Positions 30,439 to 39,985 of a DNA stretch of 64,000 nucleotides are shown here, in pieces. The stretch comes from an uncultured Acidobacteriota bacterium. GTDB lineage: Bacteria; Acidobacteriota; Thermoanaerobaculia; UBA5066; Gp7-AA6. Location: positions 24,085 to 88,084 of the forward strand of contig CAVXTP010000023.1 of the NCBI GenBank assembly GCA_963764715.1, in the 5' to 3' direction. Under the pieces are notes generated by a model. It worked only from the letters and a program-made list of their open reading frames with translations. It did no database searches and had not been told where the DNA came from. The position numbers and the translations under genes were made by a program. The number at the start of each line of letters is the position of its first letter. Position 1 is the first letter of the stretch.

Positions 30439-32019
30439 ATGGCGACTCGCAAGGTCCCGGGATGGATCCGCAAGTGCGACGAGGACGACGCCCTCGGCCG
30501 CCACCTGCCGGTCCCGACGCGCATCGTCTCCAACGAGGAATACGACCCGCCCGCCCAGACGCCGGAGCAGAAGCGCGTCGAGCGCATTCTCCTCGCGATG
30601 GCCGAGACCCACGGCGGCCGCCTCGGCATGGGGCGGCGCGAGTTTCTCCGGACCTCCTGCGGCATGGCCGCGGCGTTTGCCGCGATGAACGCGGTCTTCG
30701 GCCCGTTCTTCCGGGTCGACGCGGCGGAGCTGACCGAGCCCCTCGCCGGCGACACGACGCGGTACTTCGTCTTCGACGTCCAGACGCACCACGTCGATCC
30801 GCGCCGCAACGCGCCGACGCCCGACCAGGAATTCCTCGACTACCTCGTCGCGGTCCGCGAATACGGCGGGAAGCTCAACCCGAAGCTCGCCGGGCACGAG
30901 GCCTCGATCGAGGAGCTGTACCGGCTCAATTTCATCAAGGAGGTCTTCCTCGACAGCGAGACCGCGGTCGCCGTCGTCAGCGGACTGCCGCAGATGACGC
31001 GCGAGACCTACATCATCCGTCCCGAGGAGATCGTCCGGACGCGCGAGGCCGTCAACATGCTCACCGGCTCCCGCCGCGTCGTCGCGCACGGGACGATGTC
31101 GCCGGAGCTCGGGACGATGGGCCTCGACGCCATGCGGGCGCAGGCCGAGAAGCTGAAGGTCGAAGCCTGGAAGGGATACCCGGGACAGCCCCTCGGACCG
31201 AAGGGCGAAGGCTGGTGGATGGACGATCCGAAGGTCGGCTACAAGGCCCTCGAGCTCTCGAAGACGCTCGGGATCCGCAACATCTGCGCGCACAAGGGGC
31301 TGCCCGCTCCCGGATTCTCGGCCGAGCACTGCCACCCGAAGGACATCATGCAGGCGGCGCTCGATTTTCCCGAGCTGAACTTCCTCGTTTACCACGCCGG
31401 GTTCCGCGGGATCGACGAGACGCTGGTCAAGGCGGTCGAGTCCGGCTTCACGACGTCGTCCGCGGTGCCGTGGGTGACGGAGCTCTGCGAGTGGAAGAAG
31501 AAGCACCCGCGGGTCTCGAACGTCTACATGGAGCTCGGCGCGACGTTCGGCATGACCGCGATCACGATGCCGCTCTTGACCGCGCACATGCTCGGCATGA
31601 TGATCGCGGCCTTCGGCGCCGACCACGTTCTCTGGGGCACGGACTCGATCTGGTGGGGTTCCCCGCAGTGGCAGATCGAGGCGTTCAAGCGCCTCGAGAT
31701 GCCGGAGACGCTGGCGAAGCGCTTCGGCTACGCGCCCCTGACGCCCGAAGTGAAGCGCAAGATCCTGGGTCTCAACGCGGCGCGCGTCTACGGCATCGAC
31801 CCGGCGACGCGGATCGAGCCGATGCCGGCGGACTCGATCGACCGGCTCAAGAAGCTCTACGCGGAGTCGGGCCTCGCGGCGCCGAGCAACACGCAGTACG
31901 GATGGGTGCGGGCGGGCGGGTCGGGGGAGTGGCCTGCCCGGGCGAGATTCGAACCGCCGACCTACGGCTTAGAAGGCCGTTGCTCTATCCGGGCTGAGCT
32001 ACGGGCAGACGGCGTTTGA
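30439..32019 (+). CDS. Amidohydrolase_2 family protein
   Basis: DVQTH, AHKG, YHAG and LWGTDS motifs; internal RREFL Tat-like motif; 3' end runs antisense through the tRNA. Confidence 0.85.
   Translation: MATRKVPGWIRKCDEDDALGRHLPVPTRIVSNEEYDPPAQTPEQKRVERILLAMAETHGGRLGMGRREFLRTSCGMAAAFAAMNAVFGPFFRVDAAELTEPLAGDTTRYFVFDVQTHHVDPRRNAPTPDQEFLDYLVAVREYGGKLNPKLAGHEASIEELYRLNFIKEVFLDSETAVAVVSGLPQMTRETYIIRPEEIVRTREAVNMLTGSRRVVAHGTMSPELGTMGLDAMRAQAEKLKVEAWKGYPGQPLGPKGEGWWMDDPKVGYKALELSKTLGIRNICAHKGLPAPGFSAEHCHPKDIMQAALDFPELNFLVYHAGFRGIDETLVKAVESGFTTSSAVPWVTELCEWKKKHPRVSNVYMELGATFGMTAITMPLLTAHMLGMMIAAFGADHVLWGTDSIWWGSPQWQIEAFKRLEMPETLAKRFGYAPLTPEVKRKILGLNAARVYGIDPATRIEPMPADSIDRLKKLYAESGLAAPSNTQYGWVRAGGSGEWPARARFEPPTYGLEGRCSIRAELRADGV
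31930..32008 (-). tRNA. tRNA-Arg (anticodon TCT)
   Basis: CTGCCCG/CGGGCAG acceptor stem plus G-CCA; GCTC/GAGC D-stem; ACGGC-CTTCTAA-GCCGT; GGTTCGAATC; one extra base in the T-stem. Confidence 0.92.
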
Positions 32020-32296
32020 TTATGAGCCAGACCGGCTGAGCGACCCTCAGGTTACCGCCGGCCTGCGGCCGGCGTTGCCTGCTGCCGGGGGTCTGCCTCC
32101 GGTGGTCGGCTCGCTCCATCCGAACTGAAATCCCTCGCCGGCCGCTTCGGGCGCTCGGTCCGGGGTTGCTCGCGCTCGAGCTGCCGAAGGACGAGCGGAC
32201 CTTCTTTCACAACGGGATCGTCTTCGCCGCTCTCGACGCTTACAACGATCCCGTTCGGAATCCGACGCTGACGCTGTCGGCCGACGACGTCCCTCC

Positions 32297-32725
32297 CTAG
32301 CCCCGGCGCAGGTGCGCGTAGAGCGAGTCGTAGAGGAATGCGGCCCGCTCGAGGATGTCCGGGTCGTCGGCGCCGACGTCGGTGAAGCCCTGGCTGATGG
32401 CCCAGAGGCCGGCCGACTCCGGCGTGGCCGAAATCTCCTGCGGGAAGTCGGCGCCGTGGACGATCCGCGCGAGGCGCGCGAGCGCGGGATCCGTCGGCAG
32501 CCTCTCGTCGACGAGCCGCTCGAACGAGCAGCGTCCGCGCTCGTCCCGGTGCGGGTAGCGCGCGCCCGGCGCGTCGAAACCGATCGCTCCGTCGCGCTCC
32601 TGGACTGCCGCGACCTCTTCCGGCTCGACGAAGACGATGTCGGCGGCCGGATCCAGAAATCTCCGGATCAGCCAGCCGGTCGCGGTGCGGTTGACGTGGA
32701 TCCTCCGGCGGGTCACCCATCGCAT
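32297..32725 (-). CDS. Chromate-resistance ChrB C-terminal-domain protein
   Basis: MRWVTR...WLIRRFLDP...FD...CSFE...IVHGAD...YDSLY pattern. Confidence 0.82.
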   Translation of the reverse strand: MRWVTRRRIHVNRTATGWLIRRFLDPAADIVFVEPEEVAAVQERDGAIGFDAPGARYPHRDERGRCSFERLVDERLPTDPALARLARIVHGADFPQEISATPESAGLWAISQGFTDVGADDPDILERAAFLYDSLYAHLRRG

Positions 32726-33894
32726 ACGGCTTCCTCCGAGGCCGGCGCGCCGGCCGGCAGGAAAAGGATCGCCCAGAGAGTTCCGGCCACGCCGAGGGCG
32801 CCGGCCGCGACGAAGGTCAGGGTCGGCCGGACGGTCCACAGCGCCCCGCCGGCCGCGGCCGCGCCCGCCACGGCAAATCCCCGGATCGCGTAGTACGTCC
32901 CGACCGTGCGCCCCCGGGCGGACGGGTCGGCGAGGTCCACGATGAGCGCCTTGCGCGCCGGCTCGCCGATCTCGCGCAGCCCCCCGAGCGCAAACGCGGC
33001 GGCGAGCGTGGCGAACGACCGCGAGGCGAGCACCGCGAGCGGAAAGAGCGTGAAGAAGACGTAGGTCAGGACGACGAACGGTTTCTTCTCGGCCCGTCCC
33101 GCGAGCGCCGCCGCCGGAACGTAGGACGCGATCGCGGTCGCCATCAGGATCGAGGTCAGGAGGCCGAACTGCGCCGGCGAGACGTGGACGATCTCGAGCG
33201 CCCAGACGACGAGGAAGACCTCCGGGAGCCCCTCGCAGAGACGGATCAGGCAGTCGGCGACGAGGAGCTGGCGGAGCGGCCGCGGAATCGCGGCGCCGCG
33301 CGCGGAGCCCGCGGCCGGTTGGACCGCCGCGCGCGGGGACGGCCGCAGGGCGCGCGCGAGAAACGCGAGCATCGCCAGGGAGAGCACGATCGAGACGGCG
33401 ATCCCGACGCGCATCCCGGAGACGATCCCCATGCGCTCGAGCAGCAGGCCCCCGATCGGCGGAGCGAGGACGATCGGCACGCGCTTCAGGACGGACTGCA
33501 CGGTGAACCCGACGACCCGGCCGCGACCCTCGAGCTCTTCGCCCACGAGGGAGAAGGTTGCCGGAAGTCCGAGCGAGGCCCACGCCATGACCAGCGCGAG
33601 CCCGGCGAAGACCCCGGCCGGCGACGGGAAGACCCAGAGGACGACGAAACCGGCCGTCGTGAGACCTCCGAAGAGCAGAAGGGCGCGGCGAGTGCCGAGC
33701 CGGTCGGAGATCGCCCCGCCCGGGAAGGCGTAGGCCGCGTCGAGGAGGTCCTTGAACGTTCCGAAGAGTCCCAGCCCGACGGCCGAGACGCCCAGGACGC
33801 GCAGGTACGCCGGGAGGTAGCGAAACCAGAGCTCTTCGCCGAATCCGAACACGAAAAGCGCGACGGCGAGCGCCGTCGCTCGGCGCGCGGCCAT
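32713..33894 (-). CDS. MFS transporter
   Basis: About 12 TM segments; MFS motif A GAISDRLGTRR. Confidence 0.88.
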   Translation of the reverse strand: MAARRATALAVALFVFGFGEELWFRYLPAYLRVLGVSAVGLGLFGTFKDLLDAAYAFPGGAISDRLGTRRALLLFGGLTTAGFVVLWVFPSPAGVFAGLALVMAWASLGLPATFSLVGEELEGRGRVVGFTVQSVLKRVPIVLAPPIGGLLLERMGIVSGMRVGIAVSIVLSLAMLAFLARALRPSPRAAVQPAAGSARGAAIPRPLRQLLVADCLIRLCEGLPEVFLVVWALEIVHVSPAQFGLLTSILMATAIASYVPAAALAGRAEKKPFVVLTYVFFTLFPLAVLASRSFATLAAAFALGGLREIGEPARKALIVDLADPSARGRTVGTYYAIRGFAVAGAAAAGGALWTVRPTLTFVAAGALGVAGTLWAILFLPAGAPASEEAVCDG

Positions 33895-34026
33895 GGACGG
33901 CAATCTATCAGCGGGCCGCGCCCCGAGGTCTCGGGGGAGGGCAGTCCGTGTCATGATCGCCGCAATGTCCCTGCCGCACCAACGGAACCGGGCGCTCCGG
34001 GCCCCCTGGACGGCTTCGATCTTCGC

Positions 34027-36276
34027 GTGACGACCGGACCCGCGACCACCTCCGCCTGGCGGGCCGCACTCCATCGCATTCCCGCCGCCATCGTGCGCTA
34101 CCGGTGGCCGATCGTCGGCGCCTGGGTCGTCGTCGCGGTCGTCCTCCTGCCGGCGGCCCGCCACATCGAGGACCGCCTCGAGGTCGCGGCGCGCATGCCG
34201 TCGCGCCAGGCCCAGGCGGTCCGCGACGAGCTCGAGGTCCGGTTCCGCTCGCCCTTCACGGACCGGGTGCTCCTCGTGGCCGAGGGTCTTCCGGGGCCCC
34301 ACGCGCCGGGGGGACGGCGCGTGCTCGAGCAGATCGTCGGCGCCATCCGCAACCTCCCGGGCGTCGCGGGGACGCTGTCCGCGCTCGACACCAACAACCC
34401 GGTTTTCGTCGGCCAGAAGGGCGGCGTGCTCGTGGTCGTCGGTCTCGAGTCCGGGGACGCGCCCGTCGAATCGCTGCTGCCGCGCCTGCGCGAGAGGACC
34501 GCGCAGCTCGAGACCGAGCTGCGGCGCACCTACCCCGGGGCATGGCTGGGCTGGACCGGCGAAGCCCCGCTGAACGTCGACCTGCGCCGTGCGAGCGCGG
34601 CGGACGCGCGGCGCGCCGAGGCGCGGGTATTGCCGCTGACCCTCCTTCTCCTCCTGTTCGCGTTCGGGACGGTCGTCGCCTCGATCCTGCCGCTCTCGAT
34701 CGGCATCCTCTCGATCGCGCTCTCCCTCGGCGTCGCCTCGTGGCTCGCGCACTTCTTCACGATCTCGATCCTGATCCAGACGCTGGCGTCGATGATCGGC
34801 CTGGGCCTCGGGATCGACTACGCGCTCCTGATGGTCAGCCGTTTCCGGGAGGCGCTGGGAACGGGGATGGCGACGGCCGCCGCGGCCGAGGAGGCCGCCC
34901 GCAAGGCCGGCTGGACGATCTTCCTCTCGGCCTTCCCCGTCTCGATCAGCTTCGGCGCGCTGATGATGATCCCGCTCTCGGAGCAGCGCTCGATCGGCGT
35001 CGCCGGCCTCCTCGTGACGCTCTTCGCCTGGGCCCTGTCGGTGACGCTCCTGCCGGCGGTCCTGTCGCTGCTCGGTCCGCACATCGACCGGCTGCGCGTC
35101 CGTCCGGAGCGGCCGGGCGCCGCGGCGGCCGGGTCCGCGGGATGGCGCCGGTGGGGACGGCGCGTGACGTCGCGCCCCGTGCTCGCGCTCTGCGTGACGA
35201 CGGCGCCCCTCCTCGTGCTCGCCCTGCAGGGGCGGCGCATCGACACGACCATGCCGCGCGGCGACTGGCTTCCCCGCGGGACCGAGGCCGTCGAGGCGTA
35301 TCACCGGCTGGGGGCCATGGGCCGGGCGAACATCGTCCACTCGATCCGCGTCATCCTCGATTTCCCGGCGGGCGTGACGCTCGAGAGCGACGCCGGCTGG
35401 GCGGCGGCCACGCGGCTCCACGAGAAGCTGACCGCCCAGAGCGGAGCGGAGCGCGTCGAGAGCCTGCCCGGGGTCCTGAAGGGGCGCGACCCGTCGTACC
35501 TCGCGGCGCTCTCGCCCGGGATCCGGCGCTCGCTCGCCGCCCAGGACGGCACCGCGGCCCTCCTCGAGGTGATCCCCTCGACGAAACTGACGCCGGCCGA
35601 CCAGGTTTCGTTCGCGCGCGAGATCCGGACGTGGAACGCCGAGCGGGTGACGGGGCTCCGCGGCGCCGTGATGCGCGTCGGAGGACAGCCGGCCTTCGAC
35701 GCCGACTACGAGGACACGGTCGCGGAGCATTTCCGGATGGTCGTCGGGCTGGTGATCGGCTGCACGTTCGTGGCGCTCTTCGCCGGCTTCCGGTCCCTGA
35801 TGATCGCCGTCAAGGCCGTGCTGCTGAACCTCCTGTCGGTCGGCGCGGCGTTCGGCGCCCTCGTCCTGGTCTTCCAGGACGGCTACGGAGCCGGGATCTT
35901 CGGCCTGTCCGAGCCGACCGGGAGCGTCTTCCCGATCATCCCGGTCATCGTCTTCTGCATCGTCTTCGGCCTGTCGATGGACTACGAGGTCATCCTGGTC
36001 GCCCGCATCGCCGAGGCGCGGCGGTCGGGCTTCGCCGAGTCGCCCGCCATCGCCGAGGGCCTCGCCCGCAGCGCCACCGTCATCACCAACGCCGCCGCGA
36101 TCATGATCGTGGTCTTCGCCGGCTTCACCCTCGGCGACTTCCTCCCGATCAAGATGCTCGGCTTCGCGCTGTCGGTCGCCGTCCTGGTCGACGCGGTCGC
36201 GGTCCGCATGGTCATCGGTCCCGCGCTCCTGCGTCTGGCCGGCCGCTGGAACTGGTGGCCGGGGGGACTGCGCTGA
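34027..36276 (+). CDS. MMPL family (RND) transporter; start uncertain
   Basis: GLGIDYALLMVSRFRE and FGLSMDYEV motifs; WNWWP C-terminus. Confidence 0.88.
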   Translation: MTTGPATTSAWRAALHRIPAAIVRYRWPIVGAWVVVAVVLLPAARHIEDRLEVAARMPSRQAQAVRDELEVRFRSPFTDRVLLVAEGLPGPHAPGGRRVLEQIVGAIRNLPGVAGTLSALDTNNPVFVGQKGGVLVVVGLESGDAPVESLLPRLRERTAQLETELRRTYPGAWLGWTGEAPLNVDLRRASAADARRAEARVLPLTLLLLLFAFGTVVASILPLSIGILSIALSLGVASWLAHFFTISILIQTLASMIGLGLGIDYALLMVSRFREALGTGMATAAAAEEAARKAGWTIFLSAFPVSISFGALMMIPLSEQRSIGVAGLLVTLFAWALSVTLLPAVLSLLGPHIDRLRVRPERPGAAAAGSAGWRRWGRRVTSRPVLALCVTTAPLLVLALQGRRIDTTMPRGDWLPRGTEAVEAYHRLGAMGRANIVHSIRVILDFPAGVTLESDAGWAAATRLHEKLTAQSGAERVESLPGVLKGRDPSYLAALSPGIRRSLAAQDGTAALLEVIPSTKLTPADQVSFAREIRTWNAERVTGLRGAVMRVGGQPAFDADYEDTVAEHFRMVVGLVIGCTFVALFAGFRSLMIAVKAVLLNLLSVGAAFGALVLVFQDGYGAGIFGLSEPTGSVFPIIPVIVFCIVFGLSMDYEVILVARIAEARRSGFAESPAIAEGLARSATVITNAAAIMIVVFAGFTLGDFLPIKMLGFALSVAVLVDAVAVRMVIGPALLRLAGRWNWWPGGLR

Positions 36277-36374
36277 CCGCCGCTTCCTGAAACTCGGGCT
36301 GTCCCCGCGCGGGCGCGCGTTTTGCTGCCAGAATGGACACGCCCGCCTGAGGGCGCAACATTCGGGAGGTTCCT

Positions 36375-37616
36375 ATGCGTCTGCACCGGAGTTTCATCCC
36401 CGCCATGGCGATCGTGTCGGCTCTTTCGGTCCCGGCCGTCGGCCAGGTGCTCGAAATGGGCAATACCGTGGTCAGTCCGAACGCCGACGACTCCGCGATC
36501 GCGGACGTTCGCACGGACATCGATCTCGTGCGGCCCGCGACGGCGACCGGCTCGATCGACTCGGCCACGTTCGACTGGTCGAACACGGCCTGCTCGTCCG
36601 CCGTGAAGATCAAGGTGTTCCGCCGCCACGGCGACGATCTCGCCTTCGTGGCCGAGCGCGGGCCCTTCGACGTCAGCGCGAGCCCCATGACGGTGAGCCT
36701 CACGCCGCCGATTCCTGTCCAGCAGGGGGATCTCCTCGGCATCGCGCGGGTCGCCAACTGCGGCAATGCCGAGACGCTGACCGGGATCGTCTCCGCCGGA
36801 TATGCGGGTTACGCCGGCGACGTGATCACGACGGTCTCGCTCTCGGGCGCCGACGTCCACGGCGGCGGGATCCTCGGCGTCCGGGCGACCGGAACCGCCA
36901 CCGAGTCGATTGCGCGGGTGATCCCGGCGGCCGGCTCGACGCCCGGCAATTTCGGCTCGTTCTTCCGCACCGGCGTGCAGCTCTCGAACCCCTGGACGGA
37001 AACGGTGACCGGACGGTTCGTCTATCACCCCGCGGGCGTGGCCGGCTCCTCGGCGGATCCGAGCCTCGGCTTCACCGTCGCGCCGGGCGCGACCGTGTCC
37101 TACGACGATCTCGTCCAGACGATGGGGCAGGGCGGGCTCGGGACGCTCGACGTCGTGGTGCCCTCCGACTCCAACCTCCCGGTGATCGTGGCCCGCGTTT
37201 ACAACGACGGCGGGGGATCCGGCACGTCGGGATTCACGGAGGAAGCGATCGACCCGAGCGGTTCCCAGGACAGCCGCGTCCTCTTCGCGGGCTCCACGTC
37301 CCTGCTCGTCGCCCCGCCGAACAACACGTCCCTGCGGTTCAACATCGGCGTCCGAACGCTGCTTTCGGGAGCCTTCGTGACGTTCCGGGTCCGCGACGCG
37401 AACGGCGCCGTCATCAGCAACGTCACCCGGGAGTACGACCCCACGTTCTACGAGCAGCAGTCGGCCACGACGCTCCTCGGCGCGCCGCTCGGCGCCAACT
37501 CCTCGATCGAGGTCAGCGTTTCGAGCGGAAGCGCGATCGTCTACGGGGCGACCGTCGACAACGACACCAACGATCCGAGCATCCAGTTCGCGCGGGTGAT
37601 CTTCGCGATCCTGTAG
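36375..37616 (+). CDS. Exported beta-rich hypothetical protein
   Basis: GGAGG RBS; signal peptide; C-terminal region IPAAGSTPGNFGSFFRT...YGATVDNDTNDP. Confidence 0.75.
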   Translation: MRLHRSFIPAMAIVSALSVPAVGQVLEMGNTVVSPNADDSAIADVRTDIDLVRPATATGSIDSATFDWSNTACSSAVKIKVFRRHGDDLAFVAERGPFDVSASPMTVSLTPPIPVQQGDLLGIARVANCGNAETLTGIVSAGYAGYAGDVITTVSLSGADVHGGGILGVRATGTATESIARVIPAAGSTPGNFGSFFRTGVQLSNPWTETVTGRFVYHPAGVAGSSADPSLGFTVAPGATVSYDDLVQTMGQGGLGTLDVVVPSDSNLPVIVARVYNDGGGSGTSGFTEEAIDPSGSQDSRVLFAGSTSLLVAPPNNTSLRFNIGVRTLLSGAFVTFRVRDANGAVISNVTREYDPTFYEQQSATTLLGAPLGANSSIEVSVSSGSAIVYGATVDNDTNDPSIQFARVIFAIL

Positions 37617-37789
37617 TTCTCGTCCGGCGCCCGCGGGGCCCGCGAGGGTTCCGCGGGCCCTGTTCCGCTCGGCCTTCGTGCGGTTCGTCGACCTCCAAAA
37701 AGTGGCGCTCCGCGCCCATTCCCCGACTCCTTTTTGACCGGCGACGCCGAAGAACCTCGAATTTCCTCGAAAACAGCGCGATCGCGGGC

Positions 37790-37806
37790 CTGGTCTGGCC
37801 GTTGCA
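37790..37806 (+). promoter_or_regulatory. Putative sigma54 (-24/-12) promoter
   Basis: CTGGTCTGGCCGTTGCA has exact GG-N10-GC spacing, about 115 nt before ATG 37921. Confidence 0.6.
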
Positions 37807-37920
37807 ACTCCACACGCCGTCCCAGGACTCGGACTCGGGTTGGGCCGATGTGTGCTCGCTCACGGACGCTGGCCGCGCCGGGGCGGGGAACGAAAACAGG
37901 AACGGTCAGAAGGAGTTTCG

Positions 37921-39860
37921 ATGAACGGAAGTTTTCGACGGGCCCTCGAAGCGGGAGCCCTGATTTTCGCCATGGCCGTGCCGGGCGCGATGCTCGCGCA
38001 GGCGAACGATGAGACTCTGAAGAACTGGTCGGCCCCGGCGTACTGGCATCCGGGTGAGGCGGCCGCGGCTCACGGCGGCGTCGCCGCGAAGGCGCAGGCG
38101 GTCGGCACGGTCGACAGCTCGCCGCTGCCGTTCATCGCCCTGAGCCCGTGCCGGCTCGCGGACACGCGCGTCGAGAACGGGTTCCCGCCGCCGTACGGCC
38201 CGCCCTCGATGTCGCCGGGCGTGACCCGCGACTTCGTCGTCGCCGGCCAGTGCGGCGTGCCGGTCACCGCGACGGCGGTTTCGTTCAACTTCACCGTCGT
38301 GCGGACGCTCGGGCTCGGATATCTCGCGACGTATCCCGGGGGCGAGACGTGGCCAGGGAACTCGACCCTCAACTACGTCGCGGGGCAGATCGTCGCGAAC
38401 AACGCGGTGGTCGCGCTCGGGGCCTCGGGCGAGGTGACCGCTTTCGTCGCGGGCGCCCAGGCCGACCTCATCATCGACATCAACGGCTACTACGGCGGCA
38501 CGCTCGTGACCTCGATCAACGGGCTCGACGGCGACGTGACGCTCGCGGCCGGGACCAACGTGACCATCACGCCGTCGGGCAACACGCTGACGGTGGAGGC
38601 GTCGCCGATTCCCGGACCTCCGGGACCGCAGGGGCCGGCGGGTCCGGATGGTCCGTCGGGTCCGGCCGGATCGCAGGGACCGCAGGGACCGACGGGAGCC
38701 ACGGGCGCGACGGGCGCGACGGGAGCTCAGGGTCCGATCGGTCCGGTTGGTCCGCAGGGTCCGACGGGCGCGGATGGCCCGCAAGGCGCGATCGGTCCGC
38801 AGGGCGCGTCGATGAGCTACCAGGGCGCGTGGGACGGCGGAACGACGTACCAGACGCTTCAGACGGTTTCGTTCGGCGGCTCGAGCTACGTGTCGCTCGT
38901 TGACTCGAACACGGGCAACTCGCCCGACTCGAGTCCGGCGGAGTGGGCGCTGCTGGCGCAGAAGGGCGCCGACGGCGCCGCGGGCGCCGAGGGACCGCAG
39001 GGTCCGATCGGTCCCGACGGTCCGCAGGGTGCCACGGGTGCGACGGGTGCCACGGGCGCGACGGGAGCGCAGGGCCGATCGGTCCGATTGGCCCGCAGGG
39101 TCCGACGGGCGCGGATGGTCCGCAGGGCGCGGTTGGTCCGCAGGGCGCGTCGATGAGCTTCCAGGGCGCGTGGGACGGCGGAACGACGTACCAGACGCTT
39201 CAGACGGTTTCGTTCGGCGGCTCGAGCTACGTGTCGCTGGTCGACTCGAACACGGGTAACTCGCCCGACTCGAGTCCGGCGGAGTGGGCCCTGATCGCGC
39301 AGAAGGGCGCCGACGGCGCCGCGGGCGCCGAAGGGCCGCAGGGTCCGATCGGACCCGACGGCCCGCAGGGTACGACGGGCGCGACGGGCGCGCAGGGTCC
39401 GATCGGTCCGCAAGGCCCCATCGGTCCGCAGGGACCGCAGGGTGATCCGGGCCCGGCGGGCTCCGGCGCCGCCGTCTACGCGACCCGTCACGACTTCGAC
39501 CTCAACAACGGCGCGGGGACCCGCTTCTTCAGCCCGGTGCACGTCGACGACGGCGCGGTCGAGACGTTCGACGTCCTCGGCGTCATTCCCACGGCGTGCA
39601 CGATGAGCACGCTCGTCGTGCGGGTCAGCAGCACCTTCGACGCCGGCGTGACCGGCACGTTCACGCTGCGCAAGGGCTCGTCGCTCGCGACGATGGCGGA
39701 CACCGCGCTCACCTGCAGCGTGACCAGCGCCCTGCCCACGTGCACGGGCACGGGCTCGGTTTCCCTGAACGCGACCGATCTCTTCGGCCTGCGCTTCAAC
39801 TACACGGCCGGCTCCACGGGCTCGAGCGACATCTTCCTGATCTCGCTGGCCTGCCAGTAG
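37921..39860 (+). CDS. Exported collagen-like surface protein with a -1 frameshift near 39075 (probable sequencing error)
   Basis: Signal peptide; PCRLADTR domain; Gly-X-Y tracts; two GAW..TTY...VSFGGSSY modules; joins ORFs 37840..39156 and 38943..39860. Confidence 0.82.
38698..39380 (+). repeat. Near-identical tandem duplication, about 342-bp unit, two copies
   Basis: Equivalent ATGAGCT positions at 38812 and 39153 with long identical runs. Confidence 0.85.
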
Positions 39861-39881
39861 GCGAAATCGCGTAATTCGAGG

Positions 39882-39911
39882 AACCGCCGCCCACCCGGGC
39901 GGCGGTTTTTT
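39882..39911 (+). terminator. Rho-independent terminator
   Basis: AACCGCCGCCC-ACCC-GGGCGGCGGTT followed by a T tract, 21 nt after the stop. Confidence 0.85.
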
Positions 39912-39985
39912 CTTGGGGGGTGCACGGAAGCGGCCCGCTCGGCGTCCCGCGACAACCGGGGCCCGACTCCCGTAGAGTAGTCGGA

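Noticed and set aside
32022-32300. ATG-AGC-CAG-ACC-GGC-TGA as a possible selenocysteine readthrough, a short ORF ending at 32300, and an 11-bp inverted repeat near 32211-32255
   Set aside because: No convincing SECIS, RBS or family motif; possibly a gene remnant but unsupported
38600-39460. Short periodic repeats resembling an array
   Set aside because: They encode Gly-X-Y collagen; there are no repeat-spacer units or cas genes
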